This document shows, piece after piece, positions 43,601 through 58,900 of a DNA stretch of 64,000 nt. This DNA is from the human T2T-CHM13v2.0 reference genome, Homo sapiens. The stretch lies in the NCBI RefSeq assembly GCF_009914755.1, contig NC_060925.1; one strand, written 5' to 3'. Under the pieces are notes generated by a model, which was given only the letters and a program-made list of their open reading frames with translations, was not told the origin of the DNA and did no database searches. Numbering within the stretch: position 1 is the first letter of the stretch; each line of letters begins with the position of its first letter. Position numbers and translations under genes: made by a program.

Positions 43601-46600
43601 AAATCATCATCCAATGGAATCGAATGGTATCATTGAATGGAATCGAATGGAATCATCATCAGATGGAAATGAATGGAATCGTCATAGAATGGAATCGAAT
43701 GGATTCATTGAATGGAATCAGATGGAATCATCGAATGGACTGGAATGGAATCATTGAATGGACTCGAAAGGGATCATGATTGAATGGAATTGAATGGAAT
43801 CATCGAATGGTCTCGATTGGAATCATTATCAAATGGAATCGAATGGAATCACCGAATAGAATCGAATGGAACAATCATCGAATGGACTCAAATGGAATTA
43901 TCCTCAAATGGAATCGAATGGAATTATCGAATGCAATCGAATGGAATTATCGAATGAAATCGAATAGAATCATCGAAAGGACTCGAATGGAATCATCGAA
44001 TGGAATGGAATGGAACAGTCAATGAACTCGAATGGAATCATCATTGAATGGAATCGAATGGAATCATCGAGTGGAATCAAATGGAATTATGATCAAATGG
44101 AATCGAATGTAATCATCATCAAATGGAATCAAAAATAACCATCATCAATTGGTATTGAATGGAATTGTCATCAAATGGAATTCAAAGGAATCATCATCAA
44201 ATGGAACCGAATGGAATCCTCATTGAATGGAAATGAAAGGGGTCATCATCTAATGGAATCGCATGGAATCATCATCAAATGGAATCGAATGGAATCATCA
44301 TCAAATGGAATCTAATGGAATCATTGAACAGAATTGAATGGAATGGTCATCGAATGAATTGAATGCAATCATCGAGTGGTCTCGAATGCAATCATCTTCT
44401 AATTTAAACGAATGGAATCATCGCATAGAATCGAATGGAATTATCATCGAATGGAATCGAATGGTATCAACACCAAACGGAAAAAAACGGAATTATCGAA
44501 TGGAATCGAAGAGAATCTTCGAACGGACCCGAATGGAATCATCTAATGGAATGGAATGGAATAATCCATGGACTCGAATGCAATCATCATCGAATGGAAT
44601 CGAATGGAATCATCGAATGGACTCGAATGGAATAATCATTGAACGGAATCGAATGGAATCATCATCGGATGGAAACGAATGGAATCATCATCGAATGGAA
44701 ATGAAAGGAGTCATCATCTAATGGAATTGCATGGAATCATCATAAAATGGAATCGAATGGAATCAACATCAAATGGAATCAAATGGAATCATTGAACGGA
44801 ATTGAATGGAATCGTCATCGAATGAATTGAATGCAATCATCGAATGGTCTCGAATGGAATCATCTTCAAATGGAATGGAATGGAATCATCGCATAGAATC
44901 GAATGGAATTATCATCGAATGGAATCGAATGGAATCAAGATCAAACGGAAAAAAACGGAATTATCGAATGGAATCGAAGAGAATCATCGAATGGACCCGA
45001 ATGGAATCATCTAAAGGAATGGAATGGAGTAATCCATGGACTCGAATGCAATCATCATCCAATGGAATCGAATGGAATCATCGAATGGACTCGAATGGAA
45101 TAATCATTGAACGGAATCGAATGGAATCATCATCGGATGGAAATGAATGGAATCATCATCGAATGGAATCGAATAGAATTATGGAATGAAATCCAGTGTG
45201 ATCATCATCGAATGGACCCGAATGGAATCATCATCCAACGGAAGCTAATGGAATCAACATCGAATGAATCGAATGGAAACACCATCGAATTGAAACGAAT
45301 GGAATTATCATGAAATTGAAATGGATGGACTCATCATCGAATGGATTCGAATGGAATCATCGAATAAAATTGATTGAAATCATCATCGAATGGAATCGAA
45401 TGGTATCATTGAATGGAATCGAATGGAATCATCATCAGATGGAAATGAATGGAATCGTCATAGAATGGAATCGAATGGATTCATTGAATGGAATCAGATG
45501 GAATCATCGAATGGACTGGAATGGAATCATTGAATGGACTCGAAAGGGATCATGATTGAATGGAATTGAATGGAATCATCGAATGGTCTCGATTGGAATC
45601 ATTATCAAATGGAATCGAATGGAATCACCGAATAGAATCGAATGGAACAGTCATCGAACGGACTCAAATGGAATTATCCTCAAATGGAATCGAATGGAAT
45701 TATCGAATGCAATCGAATGGAATTATCGAATGCAATCGAATAGAATCATCGAATGGACTTGAATGGAATCATCGAATGGAATGGAATGGAACAGTCAATG
45801 AACTCGAATGGAATCATCATTGAATGGAATCGAATGGAATCATCGAGTGGAATCGAATGGAATTATGATCAAATGGAATCGAATGTAATCCTCATCAAAT
45901 GGAATCAAAAATAACCATCATCAATTGGTATTGAATGGAATTGTCATCAAATGGAATTCAAAGGAATCATCATCAAATGGAACCGAATGGAATCCTCATT
46001 GAATGGAAATGAAAGGGGTCATCATCTAATGGAATCGCATGGAATCATCATCAAATGGAATCGAATGGAATCATCATCAAATGGAATCTAATGGAATCAT
46101 TGAACAGAATTGAATGGAATCGTCATCGAATGAATTGAATGCAATCATCGAATGGTCTCGAATGGAATCATCTTCTAATGGAAAGGAATGGAATCATCGC
46201 ATAGAATCGAATGGAATTATCATCGAATGGAATCGAATGGTATCAACACCAAACGGAAAAAAACGGAATTATCGAATGGAATCGAAGAGAATCTTCGAAC
46301 GGACCCGAATGGAATCATCTAATGGAATGGAATGGAATAATCCATGGACTCGAATGCAATCATCATCGAATGGAATCGAATGGAATCATCGAATGGACTC
46401 GAATGGAATAATCATTGAACGGAATCGAATGGAATCATCATCGGATGGAAACGAATGGAATCATCATCGAATGGAAATGAAAGGAGTCATCATCTAATGG
46501 AATTGCATGGAATCATCATAAAATGGAATCGAATGGAATCAACATCAAATGGAATCAAATGGAATCATTGAACGGAATTGAATGGAATCGTCATCGAATG

Positions 46601-49600
46601 AATTGACTGCAATCATCGAATGGTCTCGAATGGAATCATCTTCAAATGGAATGGAATGGAATCATCGCATAGAATCGAATGGAATTATCATCGAATGGAA
46701 TCGAATGGAATCAACATCAAACGGAAAAAAACGGAATTATCGAATGGAATCGAAGAGAATCATCGAATGGACCCGAATGGAATCATCTAATGGAATGGAA
46801 TGGAATAATCCATGGACTCGAATGCAATCATCATCGAATGGAATCGAATGGAATCATCGAATGGACTCGAATGGAATAATCATTGAACGGAATCGAATGG
46901 AATCATCATCGGATGGAAATGAATGGAATCATCATCGAATGGAATCGAATAGAATTATGGAATGAAATCCAGTGTGATCATCATCGAATGGACCCGAATG
47001 GAATCATCATCCAACGGAAGCTAATGGAATCAACATCGAATGAATCAAATGGAAACACCATCGAATTGAAACGAATGGAATTATCATGAAATTGAAATGG
47101 ATGGACTCATCATCGAATGGATTCGAATGGAATCATCGAATAAAATTGATTGAAATCATCATCGAATGGAATCGAATGGTATCATTGAATGGAATCGAAT
47201 GGAATCATCATCAGATGGAAATGAATGGAATCGTCATAGAATGGAATCGAATGGATTCATTGAATGGAATCAGATGGAATCATCGAATGGACTGGAATGG
47301 AATCATTGAATGGACTCGAAAGGGATCATGATTGAATGGAATTGAATGGAATCATCGAATGGTCTCGATTGGAATCATTATCAAATGGAATCGAATGGAA
47401 TCACCGAATAGAATCGAATGGAACAATCATCGAATGGACTCAAATGGAATTATCCTCCAATGGAATCGAATGGATTTATCGAATGCAATGGAATAGAATC
47501 ATCGAATGGACTCGAATGGAATTATCGAACGGAATGGAATGGAACAGTCAATGAACTCGAATGGAATCATCATTGAATGGAATCGAATGGAATCATCGAG
47601 TGGAATCGAATGGAATTATGATCAAATGGAATCGAATGTAATCATCATCAAATGGAATCAAAAATAACCATCATCAATTGGTATTGAATGGAATTGTCAT
47701 CAAATGGAATTCAAAGGAATCATCATCAAATGGAACCGAATGGAATCCTCATTGAATGGAAATGAAAGGGGTCATCATCTAATGGAATCGCATGGAATCA
47801 TCATCAAATGGAATCGAATGGAATCATCATCAAATGGAATCTAATGGAATCATTGAACAGAATTGAATGGAATCGTCATCGAATGAATTGAATGCAATCA
47901 TCGAATGGTCTCGAATGGAATCATCTTCTAATGGAAAGGAATGGAATCATCGCATAGAATCGAATGGAATTATCATCGAATGGAATCGAATGGTATCAAC
48001 ACCAAACGGAAAAAAACGGAATTATCGAATGGAATCGAAGAGAATCTTCGAACGGACCCGAATGGAATCATCTAATGGAATGGAATGGAATAATCCATGG
48101 ACTCGAATGCAATCATCATCGAATGGAATCAAATGGAATCATCGAATGGACTCGAATGGAATAATCATTGAACGGAATCGAATGGAATCATCATCGGATG
48201 GAAACGAATGGAATCATCATCGAATGGAAATGAAAGGAGTCATCATCTAATGGAATTGCATGGAATCATCATAAAATGGAATCGAATGGAATCAACATCA
48301 AATGGAATCAAATGGAATCATTGAACGGAATTGAATGGAATCGTCATCGAATGAATTGAATGCAATCATCGAATGGTCTCGAATGGAATCATCTTCAAAT
48401 GGAATGGAATGGAATCATCGCATAGAATCGAATGGAATTATCATCGAATGGAATCGAATGGAATCAACATCAAACGGAAAAAAACGGAATTATCGAATGG
48501 AATCGAAGAGAATCATCGAATGGACCCGAATGGAATCATCTAATGGAATGGAATGGAATAATCCATGGACTCGAATGCAATCATCATCGAATGGAATCGA
48601 ATGGAATCATCCAATGGACTCGAATGGAATAATCATTGAACGGAATCGAATGGAATCATCATCGGATGGAAATGAATGGAATCATCATCGAATGGAATCG
48701 AATAGAATTATGGAATGAAATCCAGTGTGATCATCATCGAATGGACCCGAATGGAATCATCATCCAACAGAAGCTAATGGAATCAACATCGAATGAATCG
48801 AATGGAAACACCATCGAATTCAAACGAATGGAATTACCATGAAATTGAAATGGATGGACTCATCATCGAATGGATTCGGATGGAATCATCGAATAAAATT
48901 GATTGAAATCATCATCGAATGAAATCGAATGGTATCATTGAATGGAATCGAATGGAATCATCATCAGATGGAAATGAATGGAATCGTCATAGAATGGAAT
49001 CGAATGGATTCATTGAATGGAATCAGATGGAATCATCGAATGGACTGGAATGGAATCATTGAATGGACTCGAAAGGGATCATGATTGAATGGAATTGAAT
49101 GGAATCATCGAATGGTCTCGATTGGAATCATTATCAAATGGAATCGAATGGAATCACCGAATAGAATCGAATGGAACAATCATCGAATGGACTCAAATGG
49201 AATTATCCTTAAATGGAATCGAATGGAATTATCGTATTCAATCGAATAGAATCATCGAATGGACTCGAATGGAATCATCGAACGGAATGGAATGGAACAG
49301 TCAATGAACTCGAATGGAATCATCATTGAATGGAATCGAATGGAATCACCGAGTGGAATCGAATGGAATTTTGATCAAATGGAATCGAATGTAATCATCA
49401 TCAAATGGAATCAAAAATAACCATCATCAATTGGTATTGAATGGAATAGTCATCAAATGGAATTCAAAGGAATCATCATCAAATGGAACCGAATGGAATC
49501 CTCATTGAATGGAAATGAAAGGGGTCATCATCTAATGGAATCGCATGGAATCATCATCAAATGGAATCGAATGGAATCATCATCAAATGGAATCTAATGG

Positions 49601-52558
49601 AATCATTGAACAGAATTGAATGGAATCGTCATCGAATGAATTGAATGCAATCATCGAATGGTCTCGAATGGAATCATCTTCTAATGGAAAGGAATGGAAT
49701 CATCGCATAGAATCGAATGGAATTATCATCGAATGGAATCGAATGGTATCAACACCAAACGGAAAAAAACGGAATTATCGAATGGAATCGAAGAGAATCT
49801 TCGAACGGACCCGAATGGAATCATCTAATGGAATGGAATGGAATAATCCATGGACTCGAATGCAATCATCATCGAATGGAATCGAATGGAATCATCGAAT
49901 GGACTCGAATGGAATAATCATTGAACGGAATCGAATGGAATCATCATTGGATGGAAACGAATGGAATCATCATCGAATGGAAATGAAAGGAGTCATCATC
50001 TAATGGAATTGCATGGAATCATCATAAAATGGAATCGAATGGAATCAACATCAAATGGAATCAAATGGAATCATTGAACGGAATTGAATGGAATCGTCAT
50101 CGAATGAATTGACTGCAATCATCGAATGGTCTCGAATGGAATCATCTTCAAATGGAATGGAATGGAATCATCGCATAGAATCGAATGGAATTATCATCGA
50201 ATGGAATCGAATGGAATCAACATCAAACGGAAAAAAACGGAATTATCGAATGGAATCGAAGAGAATCATCGAATGGACCCGAATGGAATCATCTAATGGA
50301 ATGGAATGGAATAATCCATGGACTCGAATGCAATCATCATCGAATGGAATCGAATGGAATCATCGAATGGACTCGAATGGAATAATCATTGAACGGAATC
50401 GAATGGAATCATCATCGGATGGAAATGAATGGAATCATCATCGAATGGAATCGAATAGAATTATGGAATGAAATCCAGTGTGATCATCATCGAATGGACC
50501 CGAATGGAATCATCATACAACGGAAGCTAATGGAATCAACATCGAATGAATCGAATGGAAACACCATCGAATTGAAACGAATGGAATTATCATGAAATTG
50601 TAATGGATGGACTCATCATCGAATGGATTCGAATGGAATCATCGAATAAAATTGATTGAAATCATCATCCAATGGAATCGAATGGTATCATTGAATGGAA
50701 TCGAATGGAATCATCATCAGATGGAAATGAATGGAATCGTCATAGAATGGAATCGAATGGATTCATTGAATGGAATCAGATGGAATCATCGAATGGACTG
50801 GAATGGAATCATTGAATGGACTCGAAAGGGATCATGATTGAATGGAATTGAATGGAATCATCGAATGGTCTCGATTGGAATCATTATCAAATGGAATCGA
50901 ATGGAATCACCGAATAGAATCGAATGGAACAATCATCGAATGGACTCAAATGGAATTATCCTCAAATGGAATCGAATGGAATTATCGAATGCAATCGAAT
51001 GGAATTATCGAATGAAATCGAATAGAATCATCGAAAGGACTCGAATGGAATCATCGAATGGAATGGAATGGAACAGTCAATGAACTCGAATGGAATCATC
51101 ATTGAATGGAATCGAATGGAATCATCGAGTGGAATCAAATGGAATTATGATCAAATGGAATCGAATGTAATCATCATCAAATGGAATCAAAAATAACCAT
51201 CATCAATTGGTATTGAATGGAATTGTCATCAAATGGAATTCAAAGGAATCATCATCAAATGGAACCGAATGGAATCCTCATTGAATGGAAATGAAAGGGG
51301 TCATCATCTAATGGAATCGCATGGAATCATCATCAAATGGAATCGAATGGAATCATCATCAAATGGAATCTAATGGAATCATTGAACAGAATTGAATGGA
51401 ATCGTCATCGAATGAATTGAATGCAATCATCGAGTGGTCTCGAATGGAATCATCTTCTAATGGAAAGGAATGGAATCATCGCATAGAATCGAATGGAATT
51501 ATCATCGAATGGAATCGAATGGTATCAACACCAAACGGAAAAAAACGGAATTATCGAATGGAATCGAAGAGAATCTTCGAACGGACCCGAATGGAATCAT
51601 CTAATGGAATGGAATGGAATAATCCATGGACTCGAATGCAATCATCATCGAATGGAATCGAATGGAATCATCGAATGGACTCGAATGGAATAATCATTGA
51701 ACGGAATCGAATGGAATCATCATCGGATGGAAACGAATGGAATCATCATCGAATGGAAATGAAAGGAGTCATCATCTAATGGAATTGCATGGAATCATCA
51801 TAAAATGGAATCGAATGGAATCAACATCAAATGGAATCAAATGGAATCATTGAACGGAATTGAATGGAATCGTCATCGAATGAATTGACTGCAATCATCG
51901 AATGGTCTCGAATGGAATCATCTTCAAATGGAATGGAATGGAATCATCGCATAGAATCGAATGGAATTATCATCGAATGGAATCGAATGGAATCAACATC
52001 AAACGGAAAAAAACGGAATTATCGAATGGAATCGAAGAGAATCATCGAATGGACCCGAATGGAATCATCTAATGGAATGGAATGGAATAATCCATGGACT
52101 CGAATGCAATCATCATCGAATGGAATCGAATGGAATCATCGAATGGACTCGAATGGAATAATCATTGAACGGAATCGAATGGAATCATCATCGGATGGAA
52201 ATGAATGGAATCATCATCGAATGGAATCGAATAGAATTATGGAATGAAATCCAGTGTGATCATCATCGAATGGACCCGAATGGAATCATCATCCAACGGA
52301 AGCTAATGGAATCAACATCGAATGAATCAAATGGAAACACCATCGAATTGAAACGAATGGAATTATCATGAAATTGAAATGGATGGACTCATCATCGAAT
52401 GGATTCGAATGGAATCATCGAATAAAATTGATTGAAATCATCATCGAATGGAATCGAATGGTATCATTGAATGGAATCGAATGGAATCATCATCAGATGG
52501 AAATGAATGGAATCGTCATAGAATGGAATCGAATGGATTCATTGAATGGAATCAGATG

Positions 52559-52996
52559 GAATCATCGAATGGACTGGAATGGAATCATTGAATGGACTCG
52601 AAAGGGATCATGATTGAATGGAATTGAATGGAATCATCGAATGGTCTCGATTGGAATCATTATCAAATGGAATCGAATGGAATCACCGAATAGAATCGAA
52701 TGGAACAATCATCGAATGGACTCAAATGGAATTATCCTCCAATGGAATCGAATGGATTTATCAAATGCAATGGAATAGAATCATCGAATGGACTGGAATG
52801 GAATCATTGAATGGACTCGAAAGGGATCATGATTGAATGGAATTGAATGGAATCATCGAATGGTCTCGATTGGAATCATTATCAAATGGAATCGAATGGA
52901 ATCACCGAATAGAATCGAATGGAACAATCATCGAATGGACTCAAATGGAATTATCCTCCAATGGAATCGAATGGATTTATCGAATGCAATCAAATA
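52559..52996. repeat. 219-bp tandem duplication inside one unit (1972-bp unit)
   Basis: The normally single-copy AAAGGGATCATGATTG landmark occurs twice, at ~52601 and ~52820. ORFs at 52618 and 52837 are 219 apart. Unit spacing 52165 to 54137 = 1972 = 1753+219. Confidence 0.93.
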
Positions 52997-55900
52997 GAAT
53001 CATCGAATGGACTCGAATGGAATTATCGAACGGAATGGAATGGAACAGTCAATGAACTCGAATGGAATCATCATTGAATGGAATCGAATGGAATCATCGA
53101 GTGGAATCGAATGGAATTATGATCAAATGGAATCGAATGTAATCATCATCAAATGGAATCAAAAATAACCATCATCAATTGGTATTGAATGGAATTGTCA
53201 TCAAATGGAATTCAAAGGAATCATCATCAAATGGAACCGAATGGAATCCTCATTGAATGGAAATGAAAGGGGTCATCATCTAATGGAATCGCATGGAATC
53301 ATCATCAAATGGAATCGAATGGAATCATCATCAAATGGAATCTAATGGAATCATTGAACAGAATTGAATGGAATCGTCATCGAATGAATTGAATGCAATC
53401 ATCGAATGGTCTCGAATGGAATCATCTTCTAATGGAAAGGAATGGAATCATCGCATAGAATCGAATGGAATTATCATCGAATGGAATCGAATGGTATCAA
53501 CACCAAACGGAAAAAAACGGAATTATCGAATGGAATCGAAGAGAATCTTCGAACGGACCCGAATGGAATCATCTAATGGAATGGAATGGAATAATCCATG
53601 GACTCGAATGCAATCATCATCGAATGGAATCAAATGGAATCATCGAATGGACTCGAATGGAATAATCATTGAACGGAATCGAATGGAATCATCATCGGAT
53701 GGAAACGAATGGAATCATCATCGAATGGAAATGAAAGGAGTCATCATCTAATGGAATTGCATGGAATCATCATAAAATGGAATCGAATGGAATCAACATC
53801 AAATGGAATCAAATGGAATCATTGAACGGAATTGAATGGAATCGTCATCGAATGAATTGAATGCAATCATCGAATGGTCTCGAATGGAATCATCTTCAAA
53901 TGGAATGGAATGGAATCATCGCATAGAATCGAATGGAATTATCATCGAATGGAATCGAATGGAATCAACATCAAACGGAAAAAAACGGAATTATCGAATG
54001 GAATCGAAGAGAATCATCGAATGGACCCGAATGGAATCATCTAATGGAATGGAATGGAATAATCCATGGACTCGAATGCAATCATCATCGAATGGAATCG
54101 AATGGAATCATCGAATGGACTCGAATGGAATAATCATTGAACGGAATCGAATGGAATCATCATCGGATGGAAATGAATGGAATCATCATCGAATGGAATC
54201 GAATAGAATTATGGAATGAAATCCAGTGTGATCATCATCGAATGGACCCGAATGGAATCATCATCCAACAGAAGCTAATGGAATCAACATCGAATGAATC
54301 GAATGGAAACACCATCGAATTCAAACGAATGGAATTACCATGAAATTGAAATGGATGGACTCATCATCGAATGGATTCGGATGGAATCATCGAATAAAAT
54401 TGATTGAAATCATCATCGAATGAAATCGAATGGTATCATTGAATGGAATCGAATGGAATCATCATCAGATGGAAATGAATGGAATCGTCATAGAATGGAA
54501 TCGAATGGATTCATTGAATGGAATCAGATGGAATCATCGAATGGACTGGAATGGAATCATTGAATGGACTCGAAAGGGATCATGATTGAATGGAATTGAA
54601 TGGAATCATCGAATGGTCTCGATTGGAATCATTATCAAATGGAATCGAATGGAATCACCGAATAGAATCGAATGGAACAATCATCGAATGGACTCAAATG
54701 GAATTATCCTTAAATGGAATCGAATGGAATTATCGTATTCAATCGAATAGAATCATCGAATGGACTCGAATGGAATCATCGAACGGAATGGAATGGAACA
54801 GTCAATGAACTCGAATGGAATCATCATTGAATGGAATCGAATGGAATCACCGAGTGGAATCGAATGGAATTTTGATCAAATGGAATCGAATGTAATCATC
54901 ATCAAATGGAATCAAAAATAACCATCATCAATTGGTATTGAATGGAATAGTCATCAAATGGAATTCAAAGGAATCATCATCAAATGGAACCGAATGGAAT
55001 CCTCATTGAATGGAAATGAAAGGGGTCATCATCTAATGGAATCGCATGGAATCATCATCAAATGGAATCGAATGGAATCATCATCAAATGGAATCTAATG
55101 GAATCATTGAACAGAATTGAATGGAATCGTCATCGAATGAATTGAATGCAATCATCGAATGGTCTCGAATGGAATCATCTTCTAATGGAAAGGAATGGAA
55201 TCATCGCATAGAATCGAATGGAATTATCATCGAATGGAATCGAATGGTATCAACACCAAACGGAAAAAAACGGAATTATCGAATGGAATCGAAGAGAATC
55301 TTCGAACGGACCCGAATGGAATCATCTAATGGAATGGAATGGAATAATCCATGGACTCGAATGCAATCATCATCGAATGGAATCGAATGGAATCATCGAA
55401 TGGACTCGAATGGAATAATCATTGAACGGAATCGAATGGAATCATCATCGGATGGAAACGAATGGAATCATCATCGAATGGAAATGAAAGGAGTCATCAT
55501 CTAATGGAATTGCATGGAATCATCATAAAATGGAATCGAATGGAATCAACATCAAATGGAATCAAATGGAATCATTGAACGGAATTGAATGGAATCGTCA
55601 TCGAATGAATTGACTGCAATCATCGAATGGTCTCGAATGGAATCATCTTCAAATGGAATGGAATGGAATCATCGCATAGAATCGAATGGAATTATCATCG
55701 AATGGAATCGAATGGAATCAACATCAAACGGAAAAAAACGGAATTATCGAATGGAATCGAAGAGAATCATCGAATGGACCCGAATGGAATCATCTAATGG
55801 AATGGAATGGAATAATCCATGGACTCGAATGCAATCATCATCGAATGGAATCGAATGGAATCATCGAATGGACTCGAATGGAATAATCATTGAACGGAAT

Positions 55901-58900
55901 CGAATGGAATCATCATCGGATGGAAATGAATGGAATCATCATCGAATGGAATCGAATAGAATTATGGAATGAAATCCAGTGTGATCATCATCGAATGGAC
56001 CCGAATGGAATCATCATACAACGGAAGCTAATGGAATCAACATCGAATGAATCGAATGGAAACACCATCGAATTGAAACGAATGGAATTATCATGAAATT
56101 GTAATGGATGGACTCATCATCGAATGGATTCGAATGGAATCATCGAATAAAATTGATTGAAATCATCATCCAATGGAATCGAATGGTATCATTGAATGGA
56201 ATCGAATGGAATCATCATCAGATGGAAATGAATGGAATCGTCATAGAATGGAATCGAATGGATTCATTGAATGGAATCAGATGGAATCATCGAATGGACT
56301 GGAATGGAATCATTGAATGGACTCGAAAGGGATCATGATTGAATGGAATTGAATGGAATCATCGAATGGTCTCGATTGGAATCATTATCAAATGGAATCG
56401 AATGGAATCACCGAATAGAATCGAATGGAACAATCATCGAATGGACTCAAATGGAATTATCCTCAAATGGAATCGAATGGAATTATCGAATGCAATCGAA
56501 TGGAATTATCGAATGAAATCGAATAGAATCATCGAAAGGACTCGAATGGAATCATCGAATGGAATGGAATGGAACAGTCAATGAACTCGAATGGAATCAT
56601 CATTGAATGGAATCGAATGGAATCATCGAGTGGAATCAAATGGAATTATGATCAAATGGAATCGAATGTAATCATCATCAAATGGAATCAAAAATAACCA
56701 TCATCAATTGGTATTGAATGGAATTGTCATCAAATGGAATTCAAAGGAATCATCATCAAATGGAACCGAATGGAATCCTCATTGAATGGAAATGAAAGGG
56801 GTCATCATCTAATGGAATCGCATGGAATCATCATCAAATGGAATCGAATGGAATCATCATCAAATGGAATCTAATGGAATCATTGAACAGAATTGAATGG
56901 AATGGTCATCGAATGAATTGAATGCAATCATCGAGTGGTCTCGAATGGAATCATCTTCTAATGGAAACGAATGGAATCATCGCATAGAATCGAATGGAAT
57001 TATCATCGAATGGAATCGAATGGTATCAACACCAAACGGAAAAAAACGGAATTATCGAATGGAATCGAAGAGAATCTTCGAACGGACCCGAATGGAATCA
57101 TCTAATGGAATGGAATGGAATAATCCATGGACTCGAATGCAATCATCATCGAATGGAATCGAATGGAATCATCGAATGGACTCGAATGGAATAATCATTG
57201 AACGGAATCGAATGGAATCATCATCGGATGGAAACGAATGGAATCATCATCGAATGGAAATGAAAGGAGTCATCATCTAATGGAATTGCATGGAATCATC
57301 ATAAAATGGAATCGAATGGAATCAACATCAAATGGAATCAAATGGAATCATTGAACGGAATTGAATGGAATCGTCATCGAATGAATTGAATGCAATCATC
57401 GAATGGTCTCGAATGGAATCATCTTCAAATGGAATGGAATGGAATCATCGCATAGAATCGAATGGAATTATCATCGAATGGAATCGAATGGAATCAAGAT
57501 CAAACGGAAAAAAACGGAATTATCGAATGGAATCGAAGAGAATCATCGAATGGACCCGAATGGAATCATCTAAAGGAATGGAATGGAATAATCCATGGAC
57601 TCGAATGCAATCATCATCCAATGGAATCGAATGGAATCATCGAATGGACTCGAATGGAATAATCATTGAACGGAATCGAATGGAATCATCATCGGATGGA
57701 AATGAATGGAATCATCATCGAATGGAATCGAATAGAATTATGGAATGAAATCCAGTGTGATCATCATCGAATGGACCCGAATGGAATCATCATCCAACGG
57801 AAGCTAATGGAATCAACATCGAATGAATCGAATGGAAACACCATCGAATTGAAATGAATGGAATTATCATGAAATTGAAATGGATGGACTCATCATCGAA
57901 TGGATTCGAATGGAATCATCGAATAAAATTGATTGAAATTATCATCCAATGGAATCGAATGGTATCATTGAATGGAATCGAATGGAATCATCATCAGATG
58001 GAAATGAATGGAATCGTCATAGAATGGAATCGAATGGATTCATTGAATGGAATCAGATGGAATCATCGAATGGACTGGAATGGAATCATTGAATGGACTC
58101 GAAAGGGATCATGATTGAATGGAATTGAATGGAATCATCGAATGGTCTCGATTGGAATCATTATCAAATGGAATCGAATGGAATCACCGAATAGAATCGA
58201 ATGGAACAGTCATCGAACGGACTCAAATGGAATTATCCTCAAATGGAATCGAATGGAATTATCGAATGCAATCGAATGGAATTATCGAATGCAATCGAAT
58301 AGAATCATCGAATGGACTTGAATGGAATCATCGAATGGAATGGAATGGAACAGTCAATGAACTCGAATGGAATCATCATTGAATGGAATCGAATGGAATC
58401 ATCGAGTGGAATCGAATGGAATTATGATCAAATGGAATCGAATGTAATCCTCATCAAATGGAATCAAAAATAACCATCATCAATTGGTATTGAATGGAAT
58501 TGTCATCAAATGGAATTCAAAGGAATCATCATCAAATGGAACCGAATGGAATCCTCATTGAATGGAAATGAAAGGGGTCATCATCTAATGGAATCGCATG
58601 GAATCATCATCAAATGGAATCGAATGGAATCATCATCAAATGGAATCTAATGGAATCATTGAACAGAATTGAATGGAATCGTCATCGAATGAATTGAATG
58701 CAATCATCGAATGGTCTCGAATGGAATCATCTTCTAATGGAAAGGAATGGAATCATCGCATAGAATCGAATGGAATTATCATCGAATGGAATCGAATGGT
58801 ATCAACACCAAACGGAAAAAAACGGAATTATCGAATGGAATCGAAGAGAATCTTCGAACGGACCCGAATGGAATCATCTAATGGAATGGAATGGAATAAT

